A stretch of DNA of 64,000 nucleotides from the NCBI GenBank assembly GCA_010093605.1, contig MU004181.1, positions 1,054,001 through 1,118,000 on the forward strand, written 5' to 3'. The notes under the pieces were generated by a model. That model was not told the DNA's origin, searched no databases, and saw only the letters and a list, made by a program, of their open reading frames with translations. The translations under genes were made by a program, and so were the position numbers. Shown piece by piece: positions 38,775 to 51,338 of the stretch; within the stretch, counting starts at the first letter, position 1; each line of letters begins with the position of its first letter. Origin of the DNA: Lophium mytilinum (lineage: Eukaryota).

Positions 38775-41364
38775 ATGGCAGAGATTGACATTGCTCCCCA
38801 GTTTGGAGCCGAGCTGAAGGTGAGCAGCCGCCCCGTCATGCGACCCGCCAAACTGACCCAGTGTGCCTCGACAGGATGGCTTCAAGCCCGTCAACGCCTG
38901 GGTATGTAGACCCCCGCAACCGCCTATATCCTCAGAGTCTTGCGCGACCTCCGAGAAACTTCCTCCCGCACTCATCCGCCCCGACAAACGCTGACGACAC
39001 TCTGCTCAGGTTACCAACGGCATTGCGTGGCTCGATGACATACAGCAGTTCTACCGCGAAAGAAGTTTGATAGAGAAAGACTATGCCGCCAAGCTCAAGG
39101 CCCTAGCCCAGAAGTATTTCGAGAAGAAGGCCAGAAAGTCTAGCAGTCTGAGTGTTGGAGACACTCCTACTGTTACCCCGGGCTCTCTGGAGAGGCACGT
39201 CACCAGGCGCAAACACTATAGCGGACTTTGCTGACGATACATCCACTCCACAGTGCTTCTATGACCACATGGGGTGTGCAGCTCACCACCCTCGAAGGAC
39301 GGGCCTCGGAACACGAAGGCTTCGCCACGTCCCTCATATCCAATATCGCCGACCCTCTGAAGAACCTGGCTACCCGCTACGAGGAGCTTCGGAAATATCA
39401 TGCCGAGTATGCGGCAAAGCTGGAGAAGGAGCGCGATGGCACATATGGGGACCTACGGAAGATGAAGGGGAAGTATGACAGCGTTTGCCAGGAAGTGGAG
39501 AACCGCCGAAAGAAGATCGATTCCTCTTTCGATCATGGGAAAAACAAAGCACGGAATGCCTTCGAACAACAGCAACTAGAAATGAGAAACGTCAAAGTAC
39601 GTCTTCGCCTCTGGCTTTTAGCACTATGCTGACTATTCTAGAACACATATGTGATCACGATCAATGTTACGAACAAGCAAAAGGAGATGTACTACCACGA
39701 GTACGTTCCCGAGCTTCTTGATGTAAGATATGGCTCCATGAACACTATTATGATTGCAGATATTGAAGTCATTCTAGAGCCTTCAGGACCTCTCTGAAAC
39801 CCGTGTGGCCAAGTTGAACACAATATGGTCGACCGCTGCGCAAATTGAAACATCAACCCTGACAAGAAGTACGAGACTTGTCGAACACCTCTCCGGAGAA
39901 ATTCCCAGGAACAACCCATTGCTAGACTCGATGATGTTCGTTAGACACAACGCTGGATCCTTCCTGGAACCGGGAGATTTTCAATTCGAGCCAAGCCCTG
40001 TTTGGTTAGACGACGGCAATGTGGCTACTGATGACGGGGCAAAGGTTTTTTTACGGAACGTTTTAACGAAGAGCAAAGGCCAGTTAATAGAATTTCGCCG
40101 TGAGCTCGACAAGAAAAGGAAGGAAGTCGAGAACGCCAAAAAGGTCCGACAGAACATACGAGATGGCAAAGATAAGCGCGACGAGGTCGAAGTTGTCCGT
40201 GCTATCTTTGCTATACAAGAGGGGATGCATGAAGTAGAGCGGCAGAAGGTGACTGCAGAAGTTGAGGTGTCGACCATCACGTCAAACGTGGGAGACGTCA
40301 GCATCGGGGCGAGCGCGCACAAGTTCAAATCCCAAACATTCAAGATACCTACAAACTGCGATCTATGTGGGGAGCGGATCTGGGGGCTATCCGCCAAGGG
40401 ATTCGACTGTCAAGATTGCGGATACACCTGTCATAGCAAGTGCGAGATGAAAGTCCCCGCAGACTGCCCCGGCGAACAAAGCAAAGACGAGAAAAAGAAG
40501 CTGAAAATGAAACGGCAGGCAACAGCCAACGCTGCAACACCAGCAGCCAACGGAGGCGCCTCGGATTCCCACGGCGACATGCCTCGCATAAACAGAAGCG
40601 ACACAGTCAATTCAATGAATACACTCAGCTCAGGATACTCCGCAACGGCCCATCGATCGATATCTGGTGCTGTGTCACCTACGGATGAGACTCCTCCTGA
40701 AAGAGTAGGAACCGTCAAACCAACGCCCGGCCCTCCTCGACGCAACCGCGTTGTAGCGCCCCCGCCTGCGCAATACATCAAAGACGACGACGACATCGCA
40801 AGCATCGCCGGCTCCTCGAAGGGCGCGGAGCAGAAGGGCAAAGTGCTGTACGCGTACCAAGCGAACGGCGACGGCGAAATCAGCGTGAAAGATGGCCTGG
40901 ACATCACAATCCTAGAACCCGACGGTACACCCTCTATCCCTTCCCCACACACTTCTTACTAACTTTCCACAGACGGCTCCGGCTGGACCAAAGTCCGCGC
41001 CGGCGCCCTCGAAGGCCTCGTGCCAGCCGCCTACATCGAAGCAATGCCCCAAACCCCGCCATCCTCCTTATCCACCATCAACCGCCCGGACTCGACCTAC
41101 TCCGCCTCCTCCGTCTCCCTCGCCGGCAGCATCACGGCGCCGGGCAAGAAAAAGGGGCCCGCGGTGGCGCCGAAGCGCGGCGCGAAGAAGCTGAAGTATG
41201 TGGAGGCGCTGTATGACTATAAGGCGCAGAGCGGGGCCGAGCATGATATGGCGGAGGGCGAGCGGTTTGTGCTGATTAATATGGATGCGGGGGAGGGGTG
41301 GGCGGATGTGGAGAGGGGTGGGGTGACGAAGAGCGTGCCGGCGAATTATATTCAGGAGGTGTAG
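38775..41364 (+). CDS. BZZ1: Actin polymerization protein Bzz1 (F-BAR, C1, two SH3)
   Basis: Seven exons starting MAEIDIAPQFGAELK / DGFKPVNAW; FYRERSLIEKDY (FCH); C1 domain HKFKSQTFKIPTNCDLC; SH3 motifs VLYAY..DGSGW and ALYDY..GWADV..VPANYI. Confidence 0.95.
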
Positions 41365-42099
41365 GGAGGGGAGATGGGATGAGATGAGATGAGGTGGTGG
41401 GGGTTTTTGGGACTGTGGGAAGCGGTTAGCGAGCGGTGAACGGGTTGGATGTGTTTGTCCTGGATGTCGAAGACGCGGGTGCCTTGCACTTCTTCGCTTT
41501 CTTGTTCAGTTTTCTACGGAGCCTAAAATTCGGACCGAGGGTTTGAGTTTGCATTGGTTGGCTAGGGGCAGACTTGTGTTTGGCGGATGATGCTGCATTG
41601 TGGGGTTTCTTGTTATTCAAAGGCTCTTGATAGATTATGGTTTCGATCCTTCACCTTGTTTTGATCTCAGTGGGGGTACTAGTAGTGTTACTGCACCGCT
41701 GTCGCTGTCGCTGATTACGAACCCTCCTTGGCTAAGTAAACCTTTCGCCCCTGTGCCCCTCACCATCTGTGGAGATATATAAGGGCCTTCTTAGGATACA
41801 AGTAGCAAGGCTGAGCTTTGGTTAGTATGGCGCTTCAACTAGGCAAATGAAAACCTGAGCCGGTTCTTACAGGCAATTCTGCGTAAATCAACTTCGAGCC
41901 TTTCCGAATCGCTATGCTAACACGCACGGAACAAATCGCGTTTGCCACCGTCTGGGAAAAGGAAAACGTGAAGATGTGAGATAATGACGTCGCTGCAGAA
42001 ACGGAAGGGAGAGGATCGGAGGCCTTTCAATTGGTATGTACTGCTATCCTTTTGATTCAGGCCCGATTTAGGCGAAGGTTTCTGGGGTCTTTTGGCGAG

Positions 42100-43800
42100 C
42101 GGTGGAAAACGGGTCGAGGTTTGTGGGTTCGGTGGAGGCGCTTCTGCGGGAAATGAGCGGAGGGTTGGGGAGAAGTCTTTACATGTCGAACTGCGTGAGA
42201 GGGGTTAGTTGGGCGCGGAGGGCACAAAAGGGGCTACGTGGCGTGGTTACTTTGTATGACAAGAAGAGCCTTTGGAAAGGGCTTGTAGATTAGGTCGCCG
42301 TTTAGAGGGTAAGGAAAAGATGTTGGAGCACTCCGGTAGACAAAGGGTGGGCTTTTGTAGGAAGTTGTTACATATCGAACTGCGGAAGACGTTTCTTAGG
42401 GGACGCCGAGGGGTATATAGAGGGTTATTTTTGGATACTATTCGACGGAGGCTGGGAATCAGGTCGGCGTTAAGAGGATGTGGGAAGGCTGCTGAAGCAC
42501 TTTTGGAAAGGATTTACAGAGCTTCGTTACTTCTTTTCTTATATATAACCGCATAAGATGATTCTTACTATATACAGAGGGTACGCGGAGGCTCCGCTGA
42601 ATAGTTGTGTTTAGCTACGAATTGGAAGAGCGTGTGAATTAGGTCGACGTTTAAAGGATAGGGGAAGGTTGCTGGAGCACCTCCGGAAAGTAATAGCAGA
42701 ACTTGGTTGCTTCTTTTCACATTTGTAATCGCGTGAGGAATTTGATGTTAGACTTGGAGGGCATACTGCGTAGTGGCTTTTGCTACCCGGAGAACGACCT
42801 TGCAAATCAGGTCTGCGTGGAGAGGATGAGGACAAGGAGCTAGGACGCTTCGGCGAACACATAGATTTGTTTCGCTACAAGTATTGACATATCGAACCGT
42901 GCAAGGTATTTCTTATTAGACGGAGACACCACGCAGAGGCCTTGTAGGATAGGATTTTTTTATAACGAGAGGAACGGGCCTGCAGTTTAGACCAGCGTCT
43001 AAAGAATGCTAAAAAGCTGCCGCGGCCCTTCGTGCAGAAGTGGTGCCCCTTTGTTGTAAGTTGTTACAATTTGAACCGCATAAGTCCTTCTTTAGTAGAG
43101 ACGGAAATCACGCAGCGTGCACTAAGTGTAGTAACTTTTACTCCGCAATTGGAGGTCTAAAATCAGGCCGCCGTCAAGAGGATAATAGAAACGTGCTGGA
43201 GCTCCTCTGCAACGAGGTTGGGTCGTCTGGTGACAAGATGTTACATATCGAACCGTACAAGGACTTTTTTCATAGGTAGGGAGGTCAGGCAGTGTGCACT
43301 AAGCGTAGCTTCTTTTAGTCCAGAATTAGAGGCCCTGAATCAAACTGCTGTTCAGAGGATGTTGAAAGCGTGCCGAGGTAGCGACGTAAAGAGATTGGGT
43401 CGTCTGGTTGCGAGTTGTCACATATCGAACTGTATGGATAGAATTTTCATAGACGCAGAGGATCAGAGCCCCTGGATTAGACTATCGCCAAAAGGATAAA
43501 GAAAAGTTGCTGGTGCCCCTCTGTTAAGGGCCTTATCTGTCCAGTCATAAGTTGTTACATATTGAACCGTGTCAATGGAATTCTAATAGACGCAGAGGGG
43601 GGTTAGATGGCACACTACTTGGTCCTTTTACCTCATGATTAGAGCACCTCAATTAGACAGCCGTCAGTAGGATAATGAAATGGTTGTGGAGCTCGTCTGT
43701 GAGTTGATTGGTTCGTCTAGTTACGAGATTGCTTATATCGAGCCGTGCTGATGGAAGCTGGATAGAGACGGAGGGTACATGGGGAGCACGCTGCGTGGTT
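42100..43800. repeat. Degenerate tandem array of about ten ~177-bp units
   Basis: Core GTTACATATCGAACCG recurs with TCGAAC-equivalent anchors at 42186, 42375, 42544, 42724, 42892, 43071, 43248, 43425, 43562, 43738. Further shared blocks TAGACGGAG, AATCAGGTCG..AGAGGAT and GCTGGAGC occur in the same order. Confidence 0.85.
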
Positions 43801-46293
43801 CTTTTGCACAATGCAAGAGTTGGGATCGATGTTCTGGTTCTCGGAAGTACACGATCTTTATAATTGCCACGTTCAGTCCGGCAAAGTAGTTGCCATGCCG
43901 GAGCCTACAAGAGAGGGGTATGCCAATGAAGCCGAAGAGCTTTAGATGGCTACTTGACGGGAAACCTACCGCGCATATCCCGTGGAACACATTTACCAAG
44001 CCCATGAAGCGGGAAGACGTCGCAAACTTGCGGGTATTGACACCGAGACACTAGGGAGATTAAAGTCCGACATGCGGTGACTGGATCGGTCACTCATCCT
44101 ACAGTATTATTTTTTGGACCAATGTTGTGCGATATTTGCAGATAGTGCCGTTACCAGTGGCTACCGACCATCACGCCATGCAGCATGAAGTAGCATTTGC
44201 CGCGCGTTGGCCATGTTCGTGGGTGCCGTTTGCTTTTCCCGGAGTGGCACGAATCGGGCGCTAGAAGGTCGACCACGTTCCACTCGGCACTTTCGGTCGT
44301 GGCAGATATTACGCCGGGACGAAGGCGCTGGGCGGGGAGATGAGTGTCGACGAACGAAACTAAGAGGGATTGAGGCTGACAGTTGATACGGAGTGAACCG
44401 GTTGCTCTTAGAAAAATGTTGTACTCACAGCAAGTACACCTACATACATAGTTTGCCATGGCAACTTCCATATTGGAGCGATGAGCAAGCGTTACCTGTA
44501 TTCAAAAAGGCCAAGGTACGCAGCTGAAGGCACAACCATACCTCGCGATATGGGCGGCTTCTAGTAGAGAGCAAGCACAACACCAGCCTAGGTACGCCTA
44601 GCCCATTACGAATCGGGAACCCAACGAATCGTGGGACCTAGGTTGCCATGACCCCCGGCTGCGGAACGCGTGGTCCCTTTTCGTTGAAGCAGAGACAGAA
44701 CACAAGCACAGAGCGACGTTGTGCGACGAGTGCCGGGCAGGTGCAGGCCACATGCAAGAGCCGTGATGCAGATTAGGATGACGTGGGCGCGAGATGAGGA
44801 TGGTCGAGAGCTGCGAGGGGTTTTGCGGGGAGGGTGAATTGGGACCCAGGAGGCCTGTCCTGCTCCCGCCCACACACAGCGAGTCACAGCCGTGGCCAGG
44901 CCGAGGATGAACGAAGCGCAATTTAGGCCATCTCGAAAACGGTCGGTAGCCTCGACGAGCTGCCGAAAGGAGCGCGCGCTGGCAGAGATCGCTACGGGCC
45001 CTGTCTTATCGCGCGACTCCGGCGGACGAGGCCCCTATTGCGACAAGGCTGCCGGCGATCGCTCTCTTGGACTGCTGCGGGCGGGGCGGTGAAGTGTCTG
45101 ACCATCTCGGCCCTCGCGAGGTGGGATGGGAGGGGAGAGGACGGCATTCCAGCTCGCATTCCTTCTGCGGAATGTCCAAACGTCGCAATTGACGCACAAA
45201 CAGGGTCCAGAAATCGGACCTTTCCAGCGCAGGTACGCTGCCGACGTGATTGGGCCGTGGGGAGGCCTTGAACGACGTCGGCTTGCCGACTCCACACGCG
45301 GGTTGCTGGTTGGCCGGCAAAAAGGCCCGCTCCTTGGAGATCGACGCCTGAATGCCTGTCGGCATCGATGCTGCAGCCTCAACTCCAACCCTGGCCCGCG
45401 AATGTCACGATACCCTCACTTGCCACCCGCGGGCTACAAGCAGCCGTGTCGCACACACAGCCGTAGAATGTTCTCACACGACGGCCTCGCGCCCTCACCC
45501 GCTGGTGCTCTGCGCCGAGGCCACGCCGCTGTGCCATGTCGCGGGGATTAAGTAGATACGATGTTTTCTCGCCCTCCAGCTTCCGGCTTCTTGCTAGTCT
45601 GCAGCACCCCCATTGCTGCCGACGCTCTCATTGACGCTGCAATTACACATGCTGCAATTGACGCTGCCAACGTCCAATTCACGCGCCCCAGATCCATTGA
45701 CGACTGGCGATTCACGCGCGGTGCAGCCTCGCCCTCATTTGCTTCCTGAATCCCACTGCCAACGAGACCACCGCGGCCGTCTGCTCGCCGTGGGCGCAAT
45801 CACGCGCTCCCGCTCTGATCCAATCTCGTTCGTGGGCGGCTGTGCGTCCACTTTGTGCCCCCGGCCCCCCCTGTCCAGCGTGTTTGTTTCCCCTGACGCT
45901 AGCCCCGGACCGGCCCACTCATCTCGCGCCCTCAACACCTCGACTCTCCCTCTCCGTCTCCTCTTCCATGCTGTAGTGCAAGGTCAACCTCTTCATCGCG
46001 ACACACCCGGCCGCATTGTTTATTCGCATTCCACCAACTCGGAGCCTAGTCTCCCATTCACTCATTTGGAACGCCTTGTATCGATAATAATATCGAAGTC
46101 ACTCGTTCACCGCTACACCAAGAGACCAGCACCCTTCAATTCCCGCCTTGCCAGCCTCATCTGAACGCTGACAATACTTCCGGTCAGTGCTGCGTGTTTG
46201 TCTTGCGCAATTGTCCCTCCTTTACTGAACCGACTCCAGCTCCTGTCAACAACAACTGTCGCTCACGCCCTCTAATACCACAACACCGTCGCC

Positions 46294-47680
46294 ATGAAGT
46301 TCGCAACCGTCGTCCTCTTCGCGACCGGCGCCATGGCTGCCGCCAAGGTCCATCGCCACCGTCACCGCCATGCTCCCAATGCTCTGCTCAATCGTGAGGC
46401 CAATCCCGATGTCGTCACCGTCGTCGTCTACATGCTGGACGGCGTTAAGATCACCGAGGAGGAGTGCCAGGAGGGCATCAAGAACGGCACCCTGATCTGG
46501 GGTGACGACGGCGCCCCAGTGGTTGCCTCCTCTCCTGCCTACACCCCCATCCCCACTCCTACTCCTACTCCTACCCCCAGCTCTGCTGCCGTCAAGGTCG
46601 CCGCCTACTCCCACCACTACGTCGCGCCCTCCAGCGTCGTCGTCTCGAGCGCTGCGCCTGCTCCTTCCGTCTACAGCGGAGGAGGAGGAGATGAGTCCGG
46701 GAATGTGGACGTGCCCTTCCCCACCGGCCTTCCTTGCTCCAAGTTCCCAGAGGGATATGGTGCTGTCAAGAACACCTACATGGGTCTCGGTGGATGGATT
46801 GGCATTCAGAATCCGGGTGGAACTGCCATGGGAGTCAGCGGCCAGTTGGGCTACACCGACATTGCTACTATCCCCAAGGGCTCTTGCGAGGATGGCTCTT
46901 GCGTCAAGGATGGAATGTTCGTTTCCTACAACTGCCCTCCCGGGTACGCCAAGTCTTCGTGGCCCAAGATGCAGGGTGCCACTCTCCAGTCTGTGGGCGG
47001 TCTGCTCTGCAAGAACGGCGAGCTGGAGCTAGCCGATGGCGCTATTGCGAAGACTCTTTGCGTGAAGGGTACCTCTAAGGTCACCGTCAAGGTCCAGAAC
47101 AAGATGGAGAAGTGCTCCTCCATCTGCAAAACCGACTATCCTGGTAATTATTCCATCGCGAAGTTATTTCAAAGTTTCTTTACTTACATGATCAGGTACC
47201 GAGGGCGAAACCGCGGGCGTCTATATTCCGTCCGGCGAGACACAGGAGCTTTTCTGCCCCGACAAGACCGAGTACTACTTCTGGGACGGCAAGGGAACTT
47301 CTTCCCAGTACTATGTGAATCCCGCCGGCTATGAGCCGCAGGACGCTTGCTGGTGGGGTGCTCCCAACAAGCCATTGGGCAATAACGCTCCCATGAACAT
47401 TGGCGTGGGATACAACCCTGGCGATGAGAATGCCTACATCTCCCTCTTCCAGAACCTGCCCACTAACCCCGTCGACTTCCTCGACTATACCGTGGAAATT
47501 ACCGGTGATAACCTCAGTGGTAAATGCAAGTACTCGAACGGCCAGTACTGTGACGGCGACAACTGCAATACCGGAGCTGGATGCCTTGTAAGTTGACTCG
47601 ACACCAAACCTTTCTAATGCATGCTAACGTAATTGTAGGTTGCCTCGCGCGGAGGTGAGGTCCTCATCGTCCTCTCATAA
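46294..47680 (+). CDS. Secreted SUN-family beta-1,3-glucanase (GH132; Sun1/Sun4/Uth1-like)
   Basis: Exons 46294-47143, 47196-47587, 47639-47680. Signal peptide, His-rich HRHRHRH, P/T/S linker, CSKFPEGYGAV, LGGWIGIQ, SYNCPPGYAKSSWP, SVGGLLCKNG, CKTDYPGTE, QYYVN, GNNAPMNIGVG. Confidence 0.93.
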
Positions 47681-49230
47681 TCGCAGCCAAGCGCATAGTT
47701 GGTCTTTACGCAGTATACCCGACCTACGACCGCGCCTTTTGTTACTTGTAATTGCATTCTTGTGGGTCCATTCGACCGATACGTTGACGACATGGGTTTC
47801 GAGGGAAGCAACCCGCCAATTTCTTTTCGGAATACAAGAGTTACGAATGTCTGAGAATACTCTCGCATTTCGGAATTTCTCAACCGTGTCTGGAGACACT
47901 TTCAACAAGGATCTTTCTTGCGTCCAGTTCGAATCGAACGGTAGCCTCGGGTAAACCCCCTGGGCCATTGTTTGCTGGAGAAACGGCTCGTATCATTGAT
48001 CTTTGGCGGGTTTGGGGGCGTTCGGTTGTCCAATGCATTTTCATGACGGCATCTGTATCGCAATCATCCCGGGCCCACAGTCTTCTCTGCTGGCATTGAC
48101 GAGAAAACTTCTGAGAAGCGGTCAGTCACCTCTTACATTCTCTTGTATCTGTTTATGCTGCCCTTCCCTTCGCCGGAACCGCCCGACAAGTCTGGCCACC
48201 TTTATGCCCCCTTGATGCGATTACTTGCTTGCGTTCCCTTTGTTTTAGTGTTTTACCTTACTTGCTGTCTATGCTTTCCCCCCTACCCAGCGAATTACTG
48301 TTTATATAGGGCGGCAACGTTGCGCGTCATACCGGACTTGCTGCCTGTCTGTCTGTCGAATGGGGCAGGAGGGCAGGAGCATAGATGTCTATGGCCAATG
48401 GGGACGGGTATGGCTTGGTTGGCAGCTGCTGCGATCTCAATGTATAATGTTTTTTCTTCTTGATATTATGTGTGCGATTGATGCGTGATTGATGTGTAAC
48501 GTTGACGGTGTGAACGATTCGAGTGGCACAGTTGAAAGGATTGAGGGAAGTTTCCCTGAAAGTGTATTGAGAAGCACCCGCGGCGGTAACGGGAGGGCGA
48601 ACGTCTTATACGTTAAGGATGCAAAGAAGAAATACGGCGTGTTTCAACTTCAAAAGCTTACGAATATCTCTAGTTGGACAAGTTGTATGGAGGACTTGTA
48701 CGAGCAAATGAGGAATTCGCAAGAAGACACTCCCATGTTTCATGACCCGCCGGCCCCCAAAAACAGCTTCCAGCTTACATAGTACAGATCGACTGGGTAT
48801 CCATGGCTGAACGGTTTTCTAGGATCTGTGTTGGTTGTTCGGTCTGCCTCTTCGCCCCCGCTATCTTCAGCTCTCGACCCCACCCCGCTGCTGTGGAGTG
48901 GATGCCTGGTGCACCGCCTCAGCATCTCACCGCTGGATGATAGGCCATGCATCATTGCGCATAGATCGTTGACTAGGTAAGACGGGGCGCGAACGGGTGG
49001 TTCCTACTTAACATCGTCTCAGCTCTCTCAACGAGCGTCGCGTTTCTGTTCTTTCTTCTGTCGGGTCTGCTTTGAGAGAGATTTTTGGCCATAAACTGGT
49101 GGCTGTTTGAAGCTTCACGACATCTTGCGCCTGGTTGAATATCTGAAGGCTTGTTGGAGAGAGTAGACTGGGACGGCACAGACTCTGCTTCTTACGTCTT
49201 TCTCGAGTCTTAGTTCGAAGAACGGGAAAT

Positions 49231-50944
49231 ATGGCGTCTATCTCACTCGGCGAGATCGCCTCAATCACTAAGAAAGCGGTCGAGATCATCAGCGCGCTTG
49301 CATCTGCGCCTGCGGATTTGCGGAAGGCACAAGTAAAGGTATGTACTATCACTTTCTCGATCTTCTTAAGCACCTCTTCTCTCAAATCGCCCATCTATCC
49401 ACCGCTTCCGCCCTATGCCTATCCTCCCACCCTCCCATTCCAGACCCATCTATCTATCCACCTCCCCCTTCCCCTTCTTCTCTCCTCCTCCTAACCACCC
49501 CCCAGGTCTCCGCCCTAAAAATCTACCTCTCCGCCATCTCCCGGGAGCGCCACAACCCCGCCTCCACCCTCAACAAAAGCGCCTCCATCCGGCGCGACGC
49601 CGAGCTCCTCCTCGGCTTCTGCATGGCCCAGCTGGAATGCGTGCACGCCATCAGCCGCAAGTACGCCGGCAAGGGCGCCAGCATGGACCTATGGACGCGC
49701 ACGAAGTGGATTGCGGGGGACCGGCAGGCGTGGGCGGAAGCACTCAGCGAGCTAGAAGAACTACGAGTTGAGCTGCGGGAGTATGTTAGGGATGTGAGTG
49801 CGGCTTTTCCTACCTACCCTCCCTGTTTACTCGTTTCTGGTTCTGAGGGGGGATTGTGGGTGTCTTGGTTTGTCCCACCCGGCTGATTACAGGGTGACAG
49901 GTGTGTATTGGGGTTATTGGGGTGAACGCGGTCGAGGCTGCGTTGGATGAGACGGACGATGAGGAGAAGGCGGTTAGTACGGCGATTGCGAAGAAAAACC
50001 GGAAGCATCCCGGGCGCGCTGTGTCGGCGGAGGAGCGCGCCGAGTTGGTGCAGTTCGCGAAGACTGTCACCGCGCAGCGCAAACCCGCCCCCAATCCCAC
50101 ACCCAACAACAACAGTGGTGGTGGTGGCGGTGGTGGCTCATCCGCAAAGCCAAAACCGAGACCCGCCGCCAGTGCGCCGCGGCTGGAGTGCTGGGTCCTC
50201 CGCACGAGATCCTCGCCGACGGGCGTGACGAAGACGTGGAAGCAGGAGAAGCGCGCGCAGTGCACGTTGCGGCAGACGGCGAAGGAGCTGCGGGAGGCGG
50301 CGAGCGCGAAGACGATTACGACGGGGAGCGATGAGGCGGTGGTGACGTTGCTGAAGGCGAAGAATGCAGGGGAGAAGGGGGCGGAGAAGGCGAGGTGGGT
50401 GTTTGTGGTGGGGAGGGTGATGCAGAGGGGGTTTGTGGGGTTTGGGCTTGCGGCGACGGAGACGGTGATGGTGGTTTTGAGGAGGGAGGTGGCGAAGGGG
50501 AAGGGGGGGAAGGGGAAGGATGCGAAGGGGAAGGATGCGAAGGGGAAGGAGAAAGATACGAAAGGAAAGGAAGCTAAGCAGAAAGATGCCAAGGAGAAAG
50601 ATACGAAAGAAAAGGTTACTAAAGACAAAGATGCCAAGCAGAAAGATCCTAAAGAGAAAGACGGAGACAAGAAAGGCAAAGACAAGGAGGAGAATAAGCC
50701 AAAAGCACCTCCTGCACCCAAGAAACCGCAAGCCGATTGCCGCTACGGCTCAGAGTGCACAGCACTAGACTGCAGGTACAAGCATCCGCAGCGCGGGCCA
50801 TGTCGGTACGGCGAGGATTGTTATAACGACAAGTGTGGTTTTGAGCACGGGGTGCGGCAGTGCAAGTTTAAGGTGTGTCGGAAGGCTGGGTGTACGTTCA
50901 AGCACCGGGCGGGGCAGAGGGGGAAAGTCAAGGATTCGACGTGA
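49231..50944 (+). CDS. Hypothetical protein: HeLo-like/SesA-type N-terminal helical domain, Lys/Asp repeat and three CCCH zinc fingers
   Basis: Exons 49231-49338, 49506-49793, 49901-50944 join in frame via canonical introns. N-terminus SISLGEIASITKKAVEIISALASAPADL. Fingers CRYGSECTALDCRYKH, CRYGEDCYNDKCGFEH, CKFKVCRKAGCTFKH. Confidence 0.8.
50495..50700 (+). repeat. Coding 15-bp minisatellite (KGKDA/KEKDT/KQKDA pentapeptides)
   Basis: Repeating AAGGGGAAGGATGCG/AAGGAGAAAGATACG-type units inside the CCCH gene. Confidence 0.8.
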
Positions 50945-51338
50945 CGTCGTTCGAAAATCAGAGGGAAGTTGGTTGTACTCTTTACAAGTATTTAGGAATT
51001 CAGAGTAGACAGTTATTTTCTTATAGCGTTTCTTTATAAAGGGAGGTTCTATCGAATGGATATGGTATGGTCTGTGCGCCTTTACTAGTCTATAAAGGGT
51101 TGGAAATACTTGAGATACCCTAGCAACATATCGGCTTTTCTGATGCCTGCATCTTTGAATGCTGGGTGGTTCCCCGTAAGGTGATGTGAGGATGCGTATA
51201 GACACAAAGCTTCTGTCCATTCATATCAGTGGTAGGCATAGCACCACATAGCTGTGACTAACAAGATCACAGCCGATCCTGACTCTCCGCCTCCCATAGA
51301 TGGTCGGGGAATGATCCGTTCCCGTCAACTATATTTTT

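Noticed and set aside
42100..43800. CRISPR array or snoRNA cluster interpretation of the tandem array
   Set aside because: Whole units are homologous rather than identical repeats with unique spacers; there are no cas genes and the host is a eukaryote; no consistent C/D or H/ACA boxes were seen.
44100..46290. Many overlapping ORFs upstream of the SUN gene
   Set aside because: GC-rich promoter/5' leader sequence with no protein-like features.
49810..50731. Long Phe/Leu-rich minus-strand ORFs
   Set aside because: These are antisense shadows of the Lys-rich repeat gene.
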